NCBI RefSeq assembly: GCF_030144855.1
Contig: NC_082734.1
Coordinates: 14,322,001 to 14,386,000 of the forward strand
From: Hypanus sabinus
Lineage: Eukaryota
Direction of reading: 5' to 3'
Length of the DNA stretch: 64,000 bases
Position numbers and translations under genes: made by a program. Under the pieces are notes generated by a model. It searched no databases and was not told the origin of the DNA. It saw only the letters and a program-made list of their open reading frames with translations. This document shows, one piece after another, positions 63,234 through 64,000 of this stretch; position 1 is the stretch's first letter; every line of letters starts with the position of its first letter.

Positions 63234-63990
63234 CAGTTGTCCCTCGGTATCCGCGGGGGATTGGTTCCAGGTCCCCCGCAGATACCAAAATCCACGGATG
63301 CTCAAGTCCCTTATATAAAATGGCATAGTATTTGTATATAACCTACGCACATTTTCCCGTATACTTTAAATCATTTCTATCTGGGATCACAAGACCCTGC
63401 AGCAGATAGTGAGGTCAGCTGAGAAGATCATCGGGGTCTCTCTTCCCGCCATTACAGACATTTACACCACACGCTGCGCCCTCAAAGCAAACAACATTAT
63501 GAAGGACCCCATGCACCCCTCACACAAACTCTTCTCCCTCCTGCCATCTGGGAAAAGGCACTGAAGCATTTGGGCTGTCACAACCAGACTATGTAACAGT
63601 TTCTTCCCCCAAGCCATCAGACTCCTCAATACCCAGAGTCTGGACTAACACTAACTTACTGCCCTCTACTGTGCCTATTATCTTGTTTATTATTTATTGC
63701 AATGCTTTTTTTGTGCACTTTATGCAGTCCTAGGTAGGTCTGTAGTCTAGTGTAGTTTTTGTTTTGTTTTATGTAGTTCAGTGTAGTTTTTGCATTGTTT
63801 CATGTAGCACCATGGTCCTGAAAAACTTCTCGTTTTTACTGTGTACTGCATACCAGCAGGTATAGTCGAAATGACAATAAAAAGTGACTTGACTTGAATA
63901 CTATGTAAATAGTTGTTATACCGTATTGTTAGGGATTAATAACGAGGAAAAAAAAAGTCTGTACATGTTCAGTACATACAGAACCATTGT
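63234..63990 (+). mobile_element. MER2/Tigger-like DNA transposon interrupted by a Rex1-type fragment (~63380-63896)
   Basis: TA-cagttgtccctcggtatccgcgggggattggttccagg..gataccaaaatccacggatgctcaagtccc..; resumes ctatgtaaatagttgttatac..aagtctgtacatgttcagtaca; resembles the recalled MER2 consensus. Confidence 0.8.
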
Positions 63991-64000
63991 AGCTCTTCTG

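Noticed and set aside
39000-64000. L3MBTL2 or RANGAP1 exons expected from human synteny
   Set aside because: No MBT-repeat or RanGAP peptide recognised in any frame

Overview
Repeat-rich vertebrate genomic DNA, almost certainly from a cartilaginous fish, probably a ray. It carries HE1/V-type SINEs and CR1, Rex1, RTE and Penelope fragments typical of elasmobranchs. The one host gene I can assemble is chondroadherin-like (CHADL) on the + strand: 4 coding exons (20983-21162, 23728-25407, 33909-34075, 38692-38932; 755 aa) plus a candidate non-coding first exon ending at 14468. A young, near full-length Ty3/Gypsy (Mag-like) LTR retrotransposon (25666-30134; 212-bp LTRs 211/212 identical; ACATT TSD) sits in the intron after the large exon, and four related solo LTRs lie elsewhere in the window. 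The most striking observation is that this element has no tRNA-type primer-binding site. The 16 nt at the PBS position are the exact reverse complement of the LTR segment carrying the poly(A) signal, which suggests self-priming and/or occlusion of the 5'-LTR poly(A) site. Its RT also has YLDN instead of YxDD. Other notable items: a MER2/Tigger-like MITE very similar to the mammalian element, a four-layer transposon nest around a Tc1, a twin-primed (5'-inverted) RTE insertion, decayed minimal hammerhead ribozymes in Penelope-derived repeats, RBM25 retro-fragments (one bracketed by a perfect 40-bp inverted repeat), a 3.1-kb G-rich 32-bp minisatellite that explains the two long spurious ORFs, and a ZNF143-motif promoter flanked by an inverted duplicated exon-like segment. 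Boundaries of old repeats are approximate.
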